Origin: Rhina ancylostomus
Taxonomy: Eukaryota
DNA length: 64,000 nt
Direction: 5' to 3'
Assembly (NCBI GenBank): GCA_030265395.1
Contig: JARFYF010000029.1
Location: forward strand, 23,476,959-23,540,958
Below the pieces are notes generated by a model, which saw only the letters and a list, made by a program, of their open reading frames with translations, made no database searches and was not told the origin of the DNA. Below are positions 25,740 through 39,520 of the stretch, one piece after another. The translations under genes were made by a program, and so were the position numbers. Position 1 is the stretch's first letter, and each line of letters opens with the position of its first letter.

Positions 25740-28714
25740 CTGCCACTTCAAGCCCAGGAGATCTATGAGGTAATCAACTTTCTGTCTGACTGTCATCAGA
25801 TTTCTTATCTTCTGATGACAGGCACTGTTGCTGCATCGATTCCTCTTTAATTATTAGTTTGCCAGAGTTTCTTAGGAAGAGAAATTGAATTTTACTTAAA
25901 AAAACAAAGTAACTACATTAAACTCAGGGATTGACTCCTTTGTTTGCTGTTTTCACAAAGACACACCCGAGAACTCTCTGGAATGATATGAAGGAACAAA
26001 CCTTTTCATGTGACTTCACTGACCACTGCAACAGTATTTTCTGAGTGAAGTCATAGATCTCTTTCCATCTTCTCCCTCAAGAAAAATTGACCATTTAACT
26101 GAACCATCTGCACAATCACAACTGGTACTGCAGAACACTAAATGATGCAGCCTTCCAGGTCAAAGATCAGTCTGACTCAACGGATTTGCAACTTTGTTTT
26201 CAATATTGCATCTTGCTTTGAAGATTGTGGATCATTCATAGAAATCAGTGGGAACCCACGATTCATTGAAGTCCTAAAATATGGATGTTCCTGATTGTTG
26301 TATGTGTTGTTCTGCAGCAGGAAGGGGTATCGTGCAGCTACAGCCCATTAGTCTTATGTAGGACTAGTTTCTATTTCACTTGGTATTTCTGCCAATTCAA
26401 TAAACATTTAGATTTAATGGATTTCCTGCATTTTCTGAAAAATCTCTTAAAATTTCTGCTGGCTTGCTCAGCTTTACCATTTGATTATGGACTCCAACCA
26501 ACCCAACTGCCACCACCCCATCCCCGACCTTCTCTGTAAACTAACTTGTTTTCTCTCTTTTCCACATCAGCTGGAGGGTCTTGCACCTAAAACTTTCCTC
26601 AGATGCTGCCTGATTAGCTAAGTGTTTCTAGAATTTTCTGTTGATGTTTCAGATTTCCGGCATCTGTAGTTTTTTTAAATTTTTATCAGCAGAAACTTTT
26701 ATTTCTGGAAGTTCTTCTACCAATTCAAGCATTTTCTTTTGGAAAACTTTTGGCAAAGAGCTGATCCCAAAAGGCATACACTTCCAGTGGTACAGAAACA
26801 AAACATGCATGGAAAGTAACTAAATATGATTCACTGAATCCCTGGTGTCAGAACCTATTTCAAACATCTAACATCATAAAAACTTTAGCACCATGTTAGC
26901 ATGTCATCTATGGTTAACAAAGAGTTTGCTCTCAGTAGTTTTGGGATCTAAATGTATATGCAGGTCCGAGCAGTTACTGTTATTGTTGGTTGGACCATGT
27001 AGAACTTCTTCTAGTGCATCTCTTGAAGGCACTGGCACCCATCTCGGGACACATTGCACTGGATCCACAGCTTCTTCAAGTCTGATTCAGTATTGTCTTT
27101 TAAGTTGTCTAATTCCATTAGTAAATAACCAGGGATAGTTCTGCATTAAATATTCTGAATTACTTAAAGTTATTTACTGCATATATATGCTATTGATTGT
27201 ATCATCTTGATACAATACTTGATAATATCCACATTCAGACATGTCCTTCTGCCCAATGGAGGTCTTACGGTCCTGTTACCAACAAGCATGCAGTGCAGCT
27301 TACGTTTATGGTTGCCATGCTGAATCAAGAGTTATACTGTTCTCCAACAGAAAGACTGACTTCCCCATAAAGTATAATCACAAATTTAAGAGTTTTCAAT
27401 TTTGCAAGTTTAAAATGTCTTGTTGCTTTCTTGTTAAGGGGAAGCAAAATTACATTATATTGGGTTTCAATGTCTACTTTAAGCCTGACTCTTAGGTGTA
27501 ACATCCCTTCATCATCAAACCATAAAGCAGTGGCCTCATTTTCAACATCCCTATTGTCCCTGTTTCCCTATCAATTGTTCTTCCTGTCTGCTTATGAGCA
27601 TGTGATTCTTTTCCACGGCATTTCTTTGTAAAATTATTGCTCCTTCTGCACGTTATATATTTTCAAAGGCAGGACACAGTTCTCTCTTGTGGCACTATTG
27701 TTCCCTCCCACGGTTTCCAACACTCCACTGTCATTGGGGTTCCTTCAGTCCTAGCTGGAAGCTTTTTTTCTGTCACTCCTAGAGATTTCCTTGGGCTTAT
27801 TCTGTTGATCCATCAATTACTTTAAATTGAACCTCTGTCCCTTCTGCCAAATGACAAATCACCGCTAAAGTCATAAATTTCTCAAAGAAACCTTTCTCTC
27901 ACTCTTGAGCCCACAGTTCCAAACACAAGGCTGCCTCTTAATATTTCTTCCGGAATGACTACTGGAACCTTACAATCATTGGTGAGTTTTCATGATGCTG
28001 TTCAGTGCTGATCATGTGATCCATCAGCATCTTGCCTTCCTCTGTTAAATTTATATTAAATCTTTTCCATGGTTGACACTGCTCAGAAAGTTTCCTCACC
28101 ATAGGTACCATTTTATATTTATCACCATCTTCGACTGAGTATCTCTAAGTGGAATAAATTTCATCCATTTCTACTTTTCTGGTATTTGAGGTTGCCATCC
28201 ATACTCTGCAGAGCTGCAGTTTTCACTGAAAGTCAAGGGTCTGGTTTGAAAATTGCTTTTTCTTCACTCATACCTTCCATATCTTGGTTCTTTGAGCTGC
28301 TCGGTGAAAGTTTATCATTGCTAGAGTCCTTGCTGCCTTCAGGCAGGAACATCTCTTGTCTAACTGGACACAGGTATAATGCATACCCTGCTGATAATAG
28401 AAATGAACTGTTGAAGAGTGACCTGCAGGATGTCTTGCTCACCTTGCCAAACTTCTGTGAGCTGGGTAAGGATGCAGTCGCCAAAATTGATTTTTTTCTT
28501 AATGGAATTTTTCTTAATGGCTGTTTTCTTTTTTTGGATTGAGGCTCACTGAAAGGTGGGTTTTATAATATCCTTTATTTCTCCAGAAACAATCATTTTC
28601 AAGTGGTTAAATGGAGAATCCCTTTTCACCAAGCACCACAACTTACAAGTGTTCTTTTTATTTGCAAACTTGAAAATAGCATGAAGACCTTGGTCTATCC
28701 TTTGCTCACAGGAA
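25740..28714 (-). pseudogene. Decayed large low-complexity exon (possibly two or more exons) with an internal TE insertion
   Basis: Acceptor gctaattttgcatttcag| at 28714 and donor GCAG|gtagta at 25740 (phase 1, matching the next exon). S/K/E/N-rich fragments (EGSKDSSNDKLSPSSSKNQDMEGMSEEKAIFKPDP*, IKEESMQQQCLSSEDKKSDDSQTES*) are broken by stops and frameshifts. A further acceptor may lie near 25871. Confidence 0.5.
26495..26685 (+). mobile_element. Degenerate Penelope terminal-repeat fragment inside the large exon-like region
   Basis: ggagggtcttgcacctaaaac...cagatgctgcctgattagctaagtgtttctag...tttcagatttccggcatctgtag. Confidence 0.7.
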
Positions 28715-30715
28715 CTGAAATGCAAAATTAGCTCTCAGCTTTTGTCTGAAATGGAGATAAATGATAACATCCACACATTTGCATGATTTCTGCATGCAGC
28801 CAGCACTATCCGCAGCGTTCATTGACTGCACACATAAGTGAGGTCCCACAACTGTTAGTATCTGGCACCAGTTAAAGCTGGTCTTTTAAAGAAAGATGCA
28901 TTATTACTGTTGAACATGCTGAGATCATTGGAGATAGTGTTCTGTGCAACAATCAACGAAAGCTGACAGTAGGTGGAGATGTTATTGTTGTTTCCAAAAT
29001 ATGTACAAGAGGTCTTTGAGGAAGAACAGGAGGAAATGAGAGGTCAGTATTCTCAGAAGCCTTCCAGTCACACACAAATAGGCAGTGACAAGTGATAGGG
29101 ACGGAGGTCAAAGACAGAAGTATGGCCCCAAGAATCCTAGGGCCATGCCACAGGAAATTTAATGACCTCATGTGAGTTGGCAAGGTCAATGGGTCCATCT
29201 TGTAATGCTGTCTTCTGTCAACCCAACTGTTTTCCTCATCCACTGCTCAATTCACATCACCCAGATGCCCTCCCCCCTCCTGCATGTCATTGGTGTCTAT
29301 CAAACAATGTTTAAACTGATGTTACAGTGCAGCCTCACATTTAACCTGGTTGGAAAACTCAACCCCCAACTTGCACACACTGCCAGCTATTCGACCATGA
29401 CAGCCACTACACAAAAAATATATTACATTTTTGTTAGAACACGGATACTTTTTATAGGAAGAAGTGGTGAACAGGAAGAAGCAGTGGGAAGTAATGGGAG
29501 GCAAAGAGTTCCTCCCAAATATTTCATCTTCTGTGCAGGACTCAGTATTGAGCAAAAGTGGCCAAGGCCACCAACATTGAGAATGAAGACCTGACCTCTT
29601 TCTCATTCCACTTGTTGTTCAGCTCTCATTCCCCTTTTNNNNNNNNNNGACTGCTGCTGGAGTAAGCATGAAATTCATACTTAGTCCTCTGCCCTCCTCT
29701 CAACCCAATGTTTGTCTCCTATTTATTTTAGGTACCCAAGAATGGAATCTTTCAAGCAGCAGATAAAGGAACAAAGAAAGTGAAGATGATGGGGTTGTAA
29801 CCCGGTATTAGAAACATGCTAAATATTTGTTTACTGTCTCTTGGTGTTGTGAAACTTTATGGCACAATGGAAAGCAGCTCAGGCAAATTAAACACATATC
29901 AATAAACTCCTTTCTACGTGGGCAACATTATGGACAATGTTCTAAAAAGAACAGCTATTATAAGGTAAAGATTTAAACTCAAAGTTATAAAGGGAGGCTC
30001 AAAGGTTTGACCATGATCTAATTGACAGAAAAAAGATTGAAAGATAACATTTAACTTCCTTATGGTATCCCCAGGAAGCAGCTGCTATACTGATGGCTCC
30101 AAGGAAAATCAGTTTGGAACTTAAGCCCTGCTTGGTCTTAATATTGTAAGTAATGGCCTGAGAGCAGGTCATAAGGGAGGGCATCCGTTGCAGGAGCAGT
30201 GTTCAACCTTCCACGTGATTACTCTGTTTTTCTCCACTACACAGAATGTGAGAATCTATGAAATGTGACCTGGAATTAGACTCTAATCATAACTTCCAGG
30301 AATTAGAATTCCAGTCCCAATTCAAACGTGAATTGCATTTCTTAGAATGTACAGTTTGACAATAATGTGCTCATTTATAATGCAGACTTAAATTTGCTAT
30401 ACTAGTCATTTAATATGATATTGGCTGTAAATTATGCTTTGCTAGCAAAAATCAGTTCCATTGGCTGCAATAGAACACAATGTAGAAAATGGAATACAAC
30501 ATGAAGCCACTACCCATTTAGAACTGAGGATAAATTCCAATGCAAATGGCTTGATTTAATTCCAGAAGCTCATACAAATTTATTGTGAAAGTAAAAGACA
30601 TTTTAAATTGAAGTTCACTTTAGGCAATACATCAAAAGTGAGAAGTAATAAACTGTGATCTCATTTCATTTTAGTTTTTTAAGAAGAATAGATCAGTGGT
30701 TTGAATGTATTTTAC

Positions 30716-30777
30716 AGCCATTATTCTTATTCTTGGTACAGTGCCAGTCATTACAAATGGAGCCTGTTTGTTGTTAG
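30716..30777 (-). pseudogene. Candidate exon (62 nt, open, phase 1 to 0)
   Basis: Very strong acceptor ccttccttcttttccttttgcag|; (T)NNKQAPFVMTGTVPRIRIMA|gtaaaa. Confidence 0.5.
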
Positions 30778-30857
30778 CTGCAAAAGGAAAAGAAGGAAGG
30801 AATAGATTTGCAGTTATAGAGAACTTCTCATGACTCCAAAATATAAAAAAATCATAC

Positions 30858-31134
30858 TGCTGCCAAAGAGGTGCTGTGAGAAAGAAAGCACAACAGTTGA
30901 TTTGCATCTGACAAGGCCACCAAAACAGTATTGACATGCATAGCCATGTGATCTGTTTGAGTTATATTTGATGATAGCTAAGTATTGGCTAGGAGATTGG
31001 AAGCTTTGAATAGCATTAGGGGATTTGACTGGCCATAAACTCACACCTCTGAAGTATGGTTTAGAAACCATTTCTTTCTGACTTGGGTGTGAGAGTGCCA
31101 CTTAGCAAGCAGTATTCAAATCCTATAATCAGAT
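30858..31134 (-). pseudogene. Candidate exon; acceptor at 31134 or 31122
   Basis: Open frame VALSHPSQKEMVSKPYFRGVSLWPVKSPNAIQSFQSPSQYLAIIKYNSNRSHGYACQYCFGGLVRCKSTVVLSFSQHLFGS up to donor A|gtatga, then an 80-nt intron. Confidence 0.5.
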
Positions 31135-33543
31135 CTGTAGACAACATATACAAAAGACAGAAGGTGCATTGTTCTAAATATGCAGATGTCGGAAAGTATA
31201 TCATGTGAGAAATTTAGGATACTACTAAAAGTAAGCTGCTTTTCCTTGTTTGCTGTCCAGATTATTATTTTCAGCAAAATAAAACAAAAATATTTTAAAT
31301 AGACTCATAGTAATTTAGTCAAGAGACTTGACACTTATAGGAAGTTTATCAAAATTTGACAAGAGTCCTTACAAAGTTTGTGAAGTGCTAAGAATTAATT
31401 CAGAAAGGCTTTCTAAATTCTATGGTCCAACTGACTTTCAAATACAATGAGGTACAAGGTGCAGTATGGCAGGATGTGGGGTCAAATTTCAATGGCATTC
31501 TCATCGTGACCAGTGGAAGATCAGCAAAAACTTTGTAGAAGCATCACAAATGAAGATTTCTGCTGCTTCTATGGTTCCTGCCAATGTCCAGTTCTGATGA
31601 AAATCAGGTGACTCCCTGCTCCGTCTATATTACTTCACCTTTTTCATGTGCTGTTGTTGCCTAATACCGAAATAATCGGAGTTAGCCCTTGGAAATTCCT
31701 TTGTGCATTATCTTCTCATCTGGACTGGGTGAGTTATCCAGTTTAGTACAGCTACACTTCTCAGTATTTCATCTTTATTAATTTTTAGTCTTTTGATATC
31801 TCAACTGCATTGTCCTTAGCAGAGTCTCCAGCAGCATTTTCTTCCTTATTAAAGATCAATGTAACATATTCATTTAGTACATTGGCCCTGCCCTCTACCT
31901 CCAGAAGTAGATCTCCTTGTTGTATTTTACACCTTGCAACAGAACACAACTTTCATCCACTTTATTTGCAGCATTCTTCTAAACGTTTCTCCATTGTTTT
32001 ATCCTGATCCTTTAGCAGTAATGAATTTCCTTCATTTTCATACTTGTTCCAAGCTGTTACTTTAAAATATTCCTTAAGTATTTTTAGCCATCTGTTCAAA
32101 TTCAGCAACTTCTGATCCTCCTACCAAAATATCCTAATTTGTTGATACCTTGTTCACCATTTCAACAAGATTTACTTTTCATATTGCATAAGTGGGAGCC
32201 AAGCTCTCCTTCACCAAAACCCATTTGTAAGTTGCAGGCAGGGCTCAAAGTCTTGCTGGCCCCTCATCGGAAATGGGTGAGTGACCATGCAGCATGGCCC
32301 AAGATGCTTCAATAGTTTGAAACCAGCATGTTACAGATCCTAGTTGGGAATCTGGTTGCAGCTTCACCTGTGGAAAGCCTTGGCAATACAGGCTGGTTCT
32401 GATGCCCAGCTGGCTCATGGGTACATCAAGGAAAATGGAAGAAGCAATGCGAAGGGCTGAGATAAAGCCAGCAGGCCATCAGCAGCCCATTAGTCTTCCT
32501 GTCTCTTTCACAGATATGAACTGGCTAAATACCATTTTTGGGTGGTCTTTTTGACTGCCAAAGACCCAAAAGAATTGGGAAGGGAGCATTGGTTTCAGCT
32601 GTTTTGTTCTGAGGTGCTAAAACAACCAGTAGAACCTGATTTGCATTTTGCCACCCAATGGGTTTAGAAAATTAATTTCTTCTCCCAAAGGTTTTCGGTG
32701 GATGTGGTTGTTTGTTTGTTAAAGGAATCTTTTTTGCTATCGTTGTCAACCCATTATCCACAAAAACTGCACACTCCAAAGACACATTAGCAAACTTGTT
32801 GACATTAACATTATGGCTCACTAGCTGCTTGAAAAGCGTTAAAGTAGCTTTATTGCAGTTGCATCATAATGTTCACTCGTTTCTCTTCATTAATACATTG
32901 CTTTCTCTGGATGTGCATGATAAAAATATTGCATTCATATGACTCAGGGACAAGGTGGGTGTAACTCCCATTTTATAAAAGAGCAAAATCTGTCTTTAAA
33001 ACACAAATTAATCACATCATTAGGAAGCAAAATGAATTCCACAGCAGGTTTTAACTTTCAGTGATGGATAAAACTAGGACTTCCCCCTTTTCTACACCAC
33101 ATGATTTTCTTTTCTATTGATTTAGATAAGGTTTGGACATTTTATATCATCATGAATATTTAAAATGATCCACAATTAAATTATCTTGTACACCTTTTCT
33201 ACTTAGTATTTAAAATTTACTTTAATTCACAACTGAAGTAAGCTTCAGTATTATTACCAAAGGAAATGTTAAACTTTGATCTTTGATTTCAAAACCCTCC
33301 ATGGTCCTACCATCCCTGTTTCTGTAATATCCACTCCAACTTATCATCTTGTGATTTTCCTCATTTTAAATTATTCCACAATTGGAGGCCATGGCTTTAG
33401 CTGTCAAGGATCTAAGTTCTGGAGTTATTCTCTCCACCTCTTCCCTCTTAAGTTAGTTCTTTAAAATCTACCTCTTTGGACAAGCTTTTAGTAACCTGTT
33501 CTATTATCTTCCAATGTGACTCAATGCATTCTATAAATCTAAC

Positions 33544-33700
33544 TTTATCCATGAGGCCACTGCTGATGAGAATGTTCAGATATATGCATCTTCCCATAAC
33601 TATCTGTGCATGCCAATGACTTCTGTAATTCCAGGAGTTTCGTGAGTTGTGGATATAAATGATTGTAATCTGTTGTCATAATGGTAGGTTGATATAAACA
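33544..33700 (-). pseudogene. Candidate exon (157 nt, phase 1 to 2, TAG and TGA)
   Basis: accttgtctacaaag|...AA|gttaga; (V)FISTYHYDNRLQSFISTTHETPGITEVIGMHR*LWEDAYI*TFSSAVASWI. Confidence 0.55.
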
Positions 33701-35244
33701 CTTTGTAGACAAGGTTATTGAGAGAGTTAAAAACACACATTGCATGCATGAAGCTGAACAGTATAGTTTGATGAGCATATCAATTTTACATCATGCACAG
33801 AATATGACTGTGCATATTTTTACCACACACTGTGAATCTATAATAGCACCACTGAGCAAACTGGTATTGCCTATGTTAGCTGACAGATGACAGCTCCAGC
33901 CATTGTTTTACAAGACCAGGAGTACAGGATGTCTTATGGTTAAAAAGAGATCCTAAAATAGACAATTGTAAGATTTTGGTGCGTGTTCAGTTGATGTATG
34001 AAGGATGATTCTCATCTATTCTTCCAAGTTGCATATAAACTCATGTTAAATCTGCCAGAGCAGCATGGAGATTAAAACACTCAGATTTTTTTGTCAATAT
34101 ATTTGCTTAATTAGCTACTGATCCAGCAGCAGGTGGGAAAATATAGAGAGCACACTCATGGTGAGAATGGAACCCTGTGTATTAATGAAATCAAAAGCAA
34201 CAGGGTAATTAAAGAAAATTGTCAAATATGGATACAAAGATTCTGAAAGCATTTAAAAGGCTTAAAGGCAAATCTGACAACTAATGGGCTGGTTTGCCCA
34301 ATCCACAGCTTGCTGGCCATTTCCTGGGTAATTACTGCTCCAAGGAATGCCGTTCTTTTGCCTCTCATTATCCCTGCCAAATTCCCGATGGATTCAACTT
34401 GAATGGCACTCACAGCATGGTGCAGATGTCATTGAGACCCATTAAAGATCCCGTGACTAGTCTTATCACAGGCTGATGACATCAATCTTAAAGGTACATC
34501 CCCAAGGCTATTCAACTGAGGCAATAGCAGCCATAACTAAAAGCATAAGGTAAGCAGATTAAATCTCAGAACTGAGACGATAATAAATTATTTGTTTTCC
34601 AATAAAAATATTTAAATGCCTTTGAACAAAATTTCTAATGAAGAAGAATGCCAGATATAAAATGAGGATATTCTCAAACATGCTTCGAGGCAATCAAAGG
34701 CAGCAATGATTTTTTTTAATCATTGCCCACTTAAGAACAAAAAGACCTTCAGATTATTTCCAGCAATTTCAATTTTTATTTCAGATTTCCAGCATCTGCA
34801 ATTATTTTCATTCTAATTTATATTTCCCTGGAGGAAGATAAATGTAAACATAAAAGCTGTCACCCAGACCAAAATAATAAAGACAAGAAGATCTGAGAGT
34901 TGCCAGCTTCCTCTTCATCTGCTGTCAGCTTTCTGGTTTTGTTTTGTATTGTTGATCTATCAGCATGGTATTTCTCAAAAATAGTCACATTTTACAGTTT
35001 TAGTATTTATTTATGTTGGTTTTCCACATCCTCAGTTTTGTGATATTTTTGTCCTTCCTTGCATCATTCCCATCTCTCCTAAATATACAGTAAGTTATCC
35101 TGGACATTGTGAATATATGAAACAATTTAAGCACATCAAATCAGTTTCAGTATAAATTAAGGGATTGTTTTGAAAATACAACTGTTTCCTATATATGTCA
35201 GTGAAACTTGATTTTGACTGTGATACCAAATCACATTTACATAC

Positions 35245-35293
35245 CTGCTGTTGTTGTCTTATTTAACCCCTGTTGGCTACTTGTCTTGTTGCA
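35245..35293 (-). pseudogene. Candidate exon (49 nt, open, phase 0 to 1)
   Basis: gttactacaag|...CAG|gtatgt; CNKTSSQQGLNKTTTA; phase matches the exon starting at 33700. Confidence 0.5.
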
Positions 35294-35409
35294 CTTGTAG
35301 TAACATGTAAATAAATGAAGGTCTAATTGCTCATGGATGGTGTGCAAGTTGAGTTAATAAAGAAAATGAAGAGTTCTTTCATGATTTTCTCATGGTCAGG
35401 CCATTCATT

Positions 35410-35750
35410 GATTAAGGGATAACTTGGTTGAGGTTTACAAGGTATTAAAGGCAACCAATAGAATAGGAAGGTACTATTTCTGTTCACTGGGGACTCTGGA
35501 ACAGGAGGGTCGTTGTCTGAAAATTGAAAGTGAGCTGGTCAGAAGTAACTTGTCACAAGCAGAGACTTGTATGAATTTTGAACTTTTTGGCAAATGGCAA
35601 TGTTAATTTTGCACCCAAAATCAATGGAAATTTGTTAATCAGATATATAAAGATATGAAGAAAAGACAATACATGTGGAATCGTTTAACAGGTTAGTCAC
35701 AAGCTAATGGTGGAATGTGCCTGAGAGATTAAGTGCCATGGATCCATTCC
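35410..35750 (+). mobile_element. Old CR1 3' fragment
   Basis: ttaagggataacttggttgaggtttacaaggtattaaaggc (LRG.L.EVYK.LK). Confidence 0.65.
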
Positions 35751-37101
35751 TATGATGTATCACAAGGTGCACCATTGCATAATTGTTAGCCACGTACATA
35801 GAAATAAACAGCACCCATTATGACTAGCTACTTTCTTTTTGATTCACTTCATATAACCGAGGAAAAGGAAACCAGGCAGAACTGAACTAGTTGTTTGCAA
35901 AAGGTTCATTCTCCAAGTGCTTATGTGGAATACAAGGCTATAAGTAAACAGGGAAATAAGATTGGTTGGTTATAAAAATGATGTAGATTATTTACAGTTT
36001 ACTGATTTAAATGGATGCAGTAAGAATCACCAAAACCATTCTTAGAATCCAATGCACCTGAAATTCCCAGAGCACAACACAATAACCTCCATGTCATTCC
36101 TGCTCTTGAGTGCACTGACTCACTGAGATCAGTGGTAGCTGAAAGCATGCCTTGAAGCAAGGCAGAATGATTCCACTGGGATACTGAGCTAGAGTGCCTC
36201 AGTGAGGGCTGGCTTGATCAATGAACAGGGCAGTTGGAAGGTGGGTGGATCAGTGACTGGTGTGAGGTCTCACTGAGGCACCACCATCTGACCTAAGACA
36301 CAAGAAAATACAGGCAGTCACTGATATGTCAGCCATTTCAGCTCAATGTCTTCAGGAGAGAGAGTTACACAAATTGTAGGCAACAATGTGTATTTATCAC
36401 TGACCAGACTTGTCACCTGCCATGTCAGCCACAAGCTAGTAGTGTGAGAAGTTGATGGATTGAATGGCCTTTACATACTTTAAAATTTTCCTGCTAAGTT
36501 CTGCATTACAATTTAGCTCCTTGTGAGGTTAATGCTTGGGTAGTTTCTGCGTTCACTTTGTCAGTTAATTAAACAGTTGTAAATCATCAGCTATGAATGC
36601 AACTGTCTTATATTGTCAATGCACAGAGTCATAGAGTCATATGGCACAGGAACACACCCTGTCCGTGCTGACCATCATAGTTACTACATAACAGTCCTTG
36701 TATCCAAGTAAAAAGATTCTTAACTTTAGATTTAAAAAAACCTTATGTAGGAAAGGTTGAAACATAGAGCAGTAGTCTTCAAGAGCATATTAAAAAACAC
36801 CACATGAAACTCATCCGTTATTTCTATAAGAAGATGGCATGAACATAGTTTGATAAATGAGTTGTACAGTCTTAAAGGCACCTGGAATCTTACAACTCAC
36901 ACATTACACTTCATCTGGAAGGATTAGTCTTCAGAGAAACAAAAATCTCTCTTAGCTGAAGGGACCTTGGTAAATAAAGCATTCTTGTGTGTGCACAGCA
37001 TCACAGACTTTCTTTGATTGCCTTCACAGGTAACATCAGTGATATATTACATTCTCTTCCTGCACCTTTTCTATACTTAAAGTAATTAAAGCAAACCTTA
37101 C

Positions 37102-37459
37102 TAGTACCAAGCTGTGACATGTAATCTTCATTTTTCAGCTAATCTGACTTTGGTATTCAAGCTCAAAAAGGACTCAAGTTATTTCTTCTTCAAGTCATAA
37201 CCCACATTTTTGTTTTCTGTTTCTTCCCTTTCCAGAAGTTTTATTTATACTTTAATCACGGTCTACTTCCATGTATTTCCCTCGTGGTATGTTAGTACTA
37301 AAGCCTGGAATATTTATTATTTTCTCAAGCTTTAAATTAAATTCAGAAATCCGAAGTTAAGAGCAAATCACTTTCCATTCGTATGTCGAAACTGTCATAA
37401 GTCATCTGTCATAACAGCTTTTTGGTTAGTCATTGACTGCAGTCTGGCTATAGGCAGAA
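37102..37459 (-). pseudogene. Candidate exon, heavily degraded
   Basis: ttttctaacag| acceptor, |gtaagg donor; K/E/N-rich translation (EFNLKLEKIINIPGFSTNIPRGKYMEVDRD*...) with many stops; ends in phase 0. Confidence 0.35.
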
Positions 37460-37679
37460 CTGTTAGAAAATGGACCTTTTATGCTTCTAATGTGGAATCT
37501 CAGGGGATTGTTGCCTGTAATGGCTGATAGGATGAAGAGCCAATGCAAACCTCTTCCTCAGGCAGTGTCCTAGCTGGAGAGAGAAAATGTGAACCAATCT
37601 CTGGTCAAGTGCTATGTTAATAACAGTGGGCATAAAGTGGATTGAATTTCCTTGAAGTCAATGCCAGTTAATGGTACAA

Positions 37680-38800
37680 AATTAAATACTGCAGCTGCAG
37701 CAAATCCAAATAAAACTTAAAATCTAGGAAGTCTCAGTAGGACAGATGGTGTCTGTGGAGGGAGAAGCAGACATAATGTTTCAGATTGATGATATTTCAG
37801 TCACTAGATTCTTCAGCCAACGAAAATATATTCCCCAAATTTACCTCAGTCAAGGCCTCTAAGGGTTTGATAAACTTCAATGAGTCACCTCTCAATCTTC
37901 TAAACTCTAAAGAGTGGAGTCTTTACCTTCTCAACCTCTCCTCACATGACAGACTTGCCATTCGTAGGAACCAGTCTGGTGAATCTTCACTGATCTTCCT
38001 TTATTCTTTTTTTGGTAAAGAGAGAGAAATTATTTGCAGCTGTCCAGATGTAGTGTCACCAAGGCCCTATTGTAACTGCTGTAAGATATTTTTACTCCTC
38101 TACTGAAGTCCTCTGATAATAAAGAAAAACATGCCATTTGATTTCCCAGCTGTCAGGTGTACCTGCATGTTTAGTTTTCAATGACTTTTGTACAAGGACA
38201 ACCAGAACATCGGCCTTTCCCAATCTCTCACTGTTTTTCCATATTGTACCCCATCTACAGTGTTGTTTCCCACTCACTCAGCTTGTCTATCTCCTCTTGC
38301 AGTCTATTTGCATCCTCATCACTACTCAGATTCTCACTTAGTTTCATATCAACATTAAACATAAAAACATTAAGTTTGCTCACCTTAGCCAAGTTACTGA
38401 TCTAGATTGTGAATAGTTGGGGCTCAAGCATTGACCCCCGCGGTAATACACAAGTCACAGCTGACCAAACCGAGAAGGACCCTTTTATTCCTATTCTTTA
38501 TTTTCTATATGTTAAGCAACTCTCAATCCATCCTAGTTCTAACTTTGTTCGGTAATCTCCTGTGTGGGATCTCAAAAGTTTCTCAAAAATCCAAATGCAC
38601 CAAATTCACCAGTCCCCCTCATCTACTTAACTATATATATATATCCTCAAAGAATTCCAATAGGTTTGTCAAAAATGATTCTCATAGTGTAAATCCATAT
38701 TGATTTTGCTCAATCAGACTATTATTTTACGTGTCTTGATGTCACATTCTGTATTGTAGATTCCAGCATTTTCCCAGCTAACAATTTTAGGTTAACAGAA
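37680..38800 (-). mobile_element. CR1 RT fragment (about 37800-38800) adjoining a Penelope-terminus fragment (about 37680-37795)
   Basis: The CR1 part resembles the 11635-13770 copy (gtcacctctcaatcttctaaactc, tgtacaaggaca, tttgtcaaaaatgattc); the terminus reads ctcagtaggacagatggtgtctgtggagggagaa...gtttcag. Confidence 0.75.
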
Positions 38801-39214
38801 GTAACAGCCTGCTACCATCCCTGCATTTTGACCCAGGAAATGGGCTACCCAGGTGGCTTTAGTCAGGAAAATCAGTTCCTATGAGTACAATCTTAATCTC
38901 AAAAATGGATGGGAGATTAAAACTTAAAAATCTGAGATGGGTACTCACAACTCCACCCATGCATTCTGTTTTAACAGAAATACATGGAGGTCAGGCAGCC
39001 ATTCCACTCTTAGCTGGTGTGTTGGTCATTGAAACTCTTCACAGAGTGCCTCCATTTGAACAGTGTGTTTATTTATACTCACATTAACCTGGTTTCCCTG
39101 GGCTCAGGAAACCTGAGAGAAAGGAGGACAAATGGGTTTGATCTGTAAGGTATGCACTGCTTGTGAGCATGGACAAGTAGATGTTTCTTGCTCAGCCTTA
39201 GTTTGCTCTCTCCT

Positions 39215-39520
39215 ATCAATTATTTTGAGGTGTAGTTGCAGCTGGCAAGTGCAGGATTTATCATTCATTCCTAATTGCCTTTGAGAAGGTGGTGCAGGGC
39301 AACCATCTTGAACTGCTGAAGTCCTTCTGGTGAAAGTATTCCCACATGCCGAATGGTAGAAAGTGCCAGGATTTGGACTCAGTGCCAGTGAAGCTTTAGC
39401 TTCCAAGTCAGAATGGTGTGTCACTTGGAACCTGAAAGTGGTGGAGTTCCCCAAGTTGGTGGTAGTGTCAGGGGTTTGGGGATTGCTGTGGAAGTAACCT
39501 ACAAAGGTATTTTGTAAATA
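39215..39520. mobile_element. Interspersed LINE-derived fragment
   Basis: cctaattgcctttgagaaggtggtg...ccatcttgaactgctgaagtcc...ccaggatttggactcag, recalled as a common elasmobranch repeat; its reverse complement resembles 17505-17580. Confidence 0.5.

Noticed and set aside
10696-33700. Naming the gene (considered GREB1, TEX15, SHOC1, FAM135, ALPK, VWA and TIR proteins) or claiming an internal YD..F..PG repeat
   Set aside because: Only 3-4 residue resemblances and no diagnostic motif, so the gene symbol is left blank.
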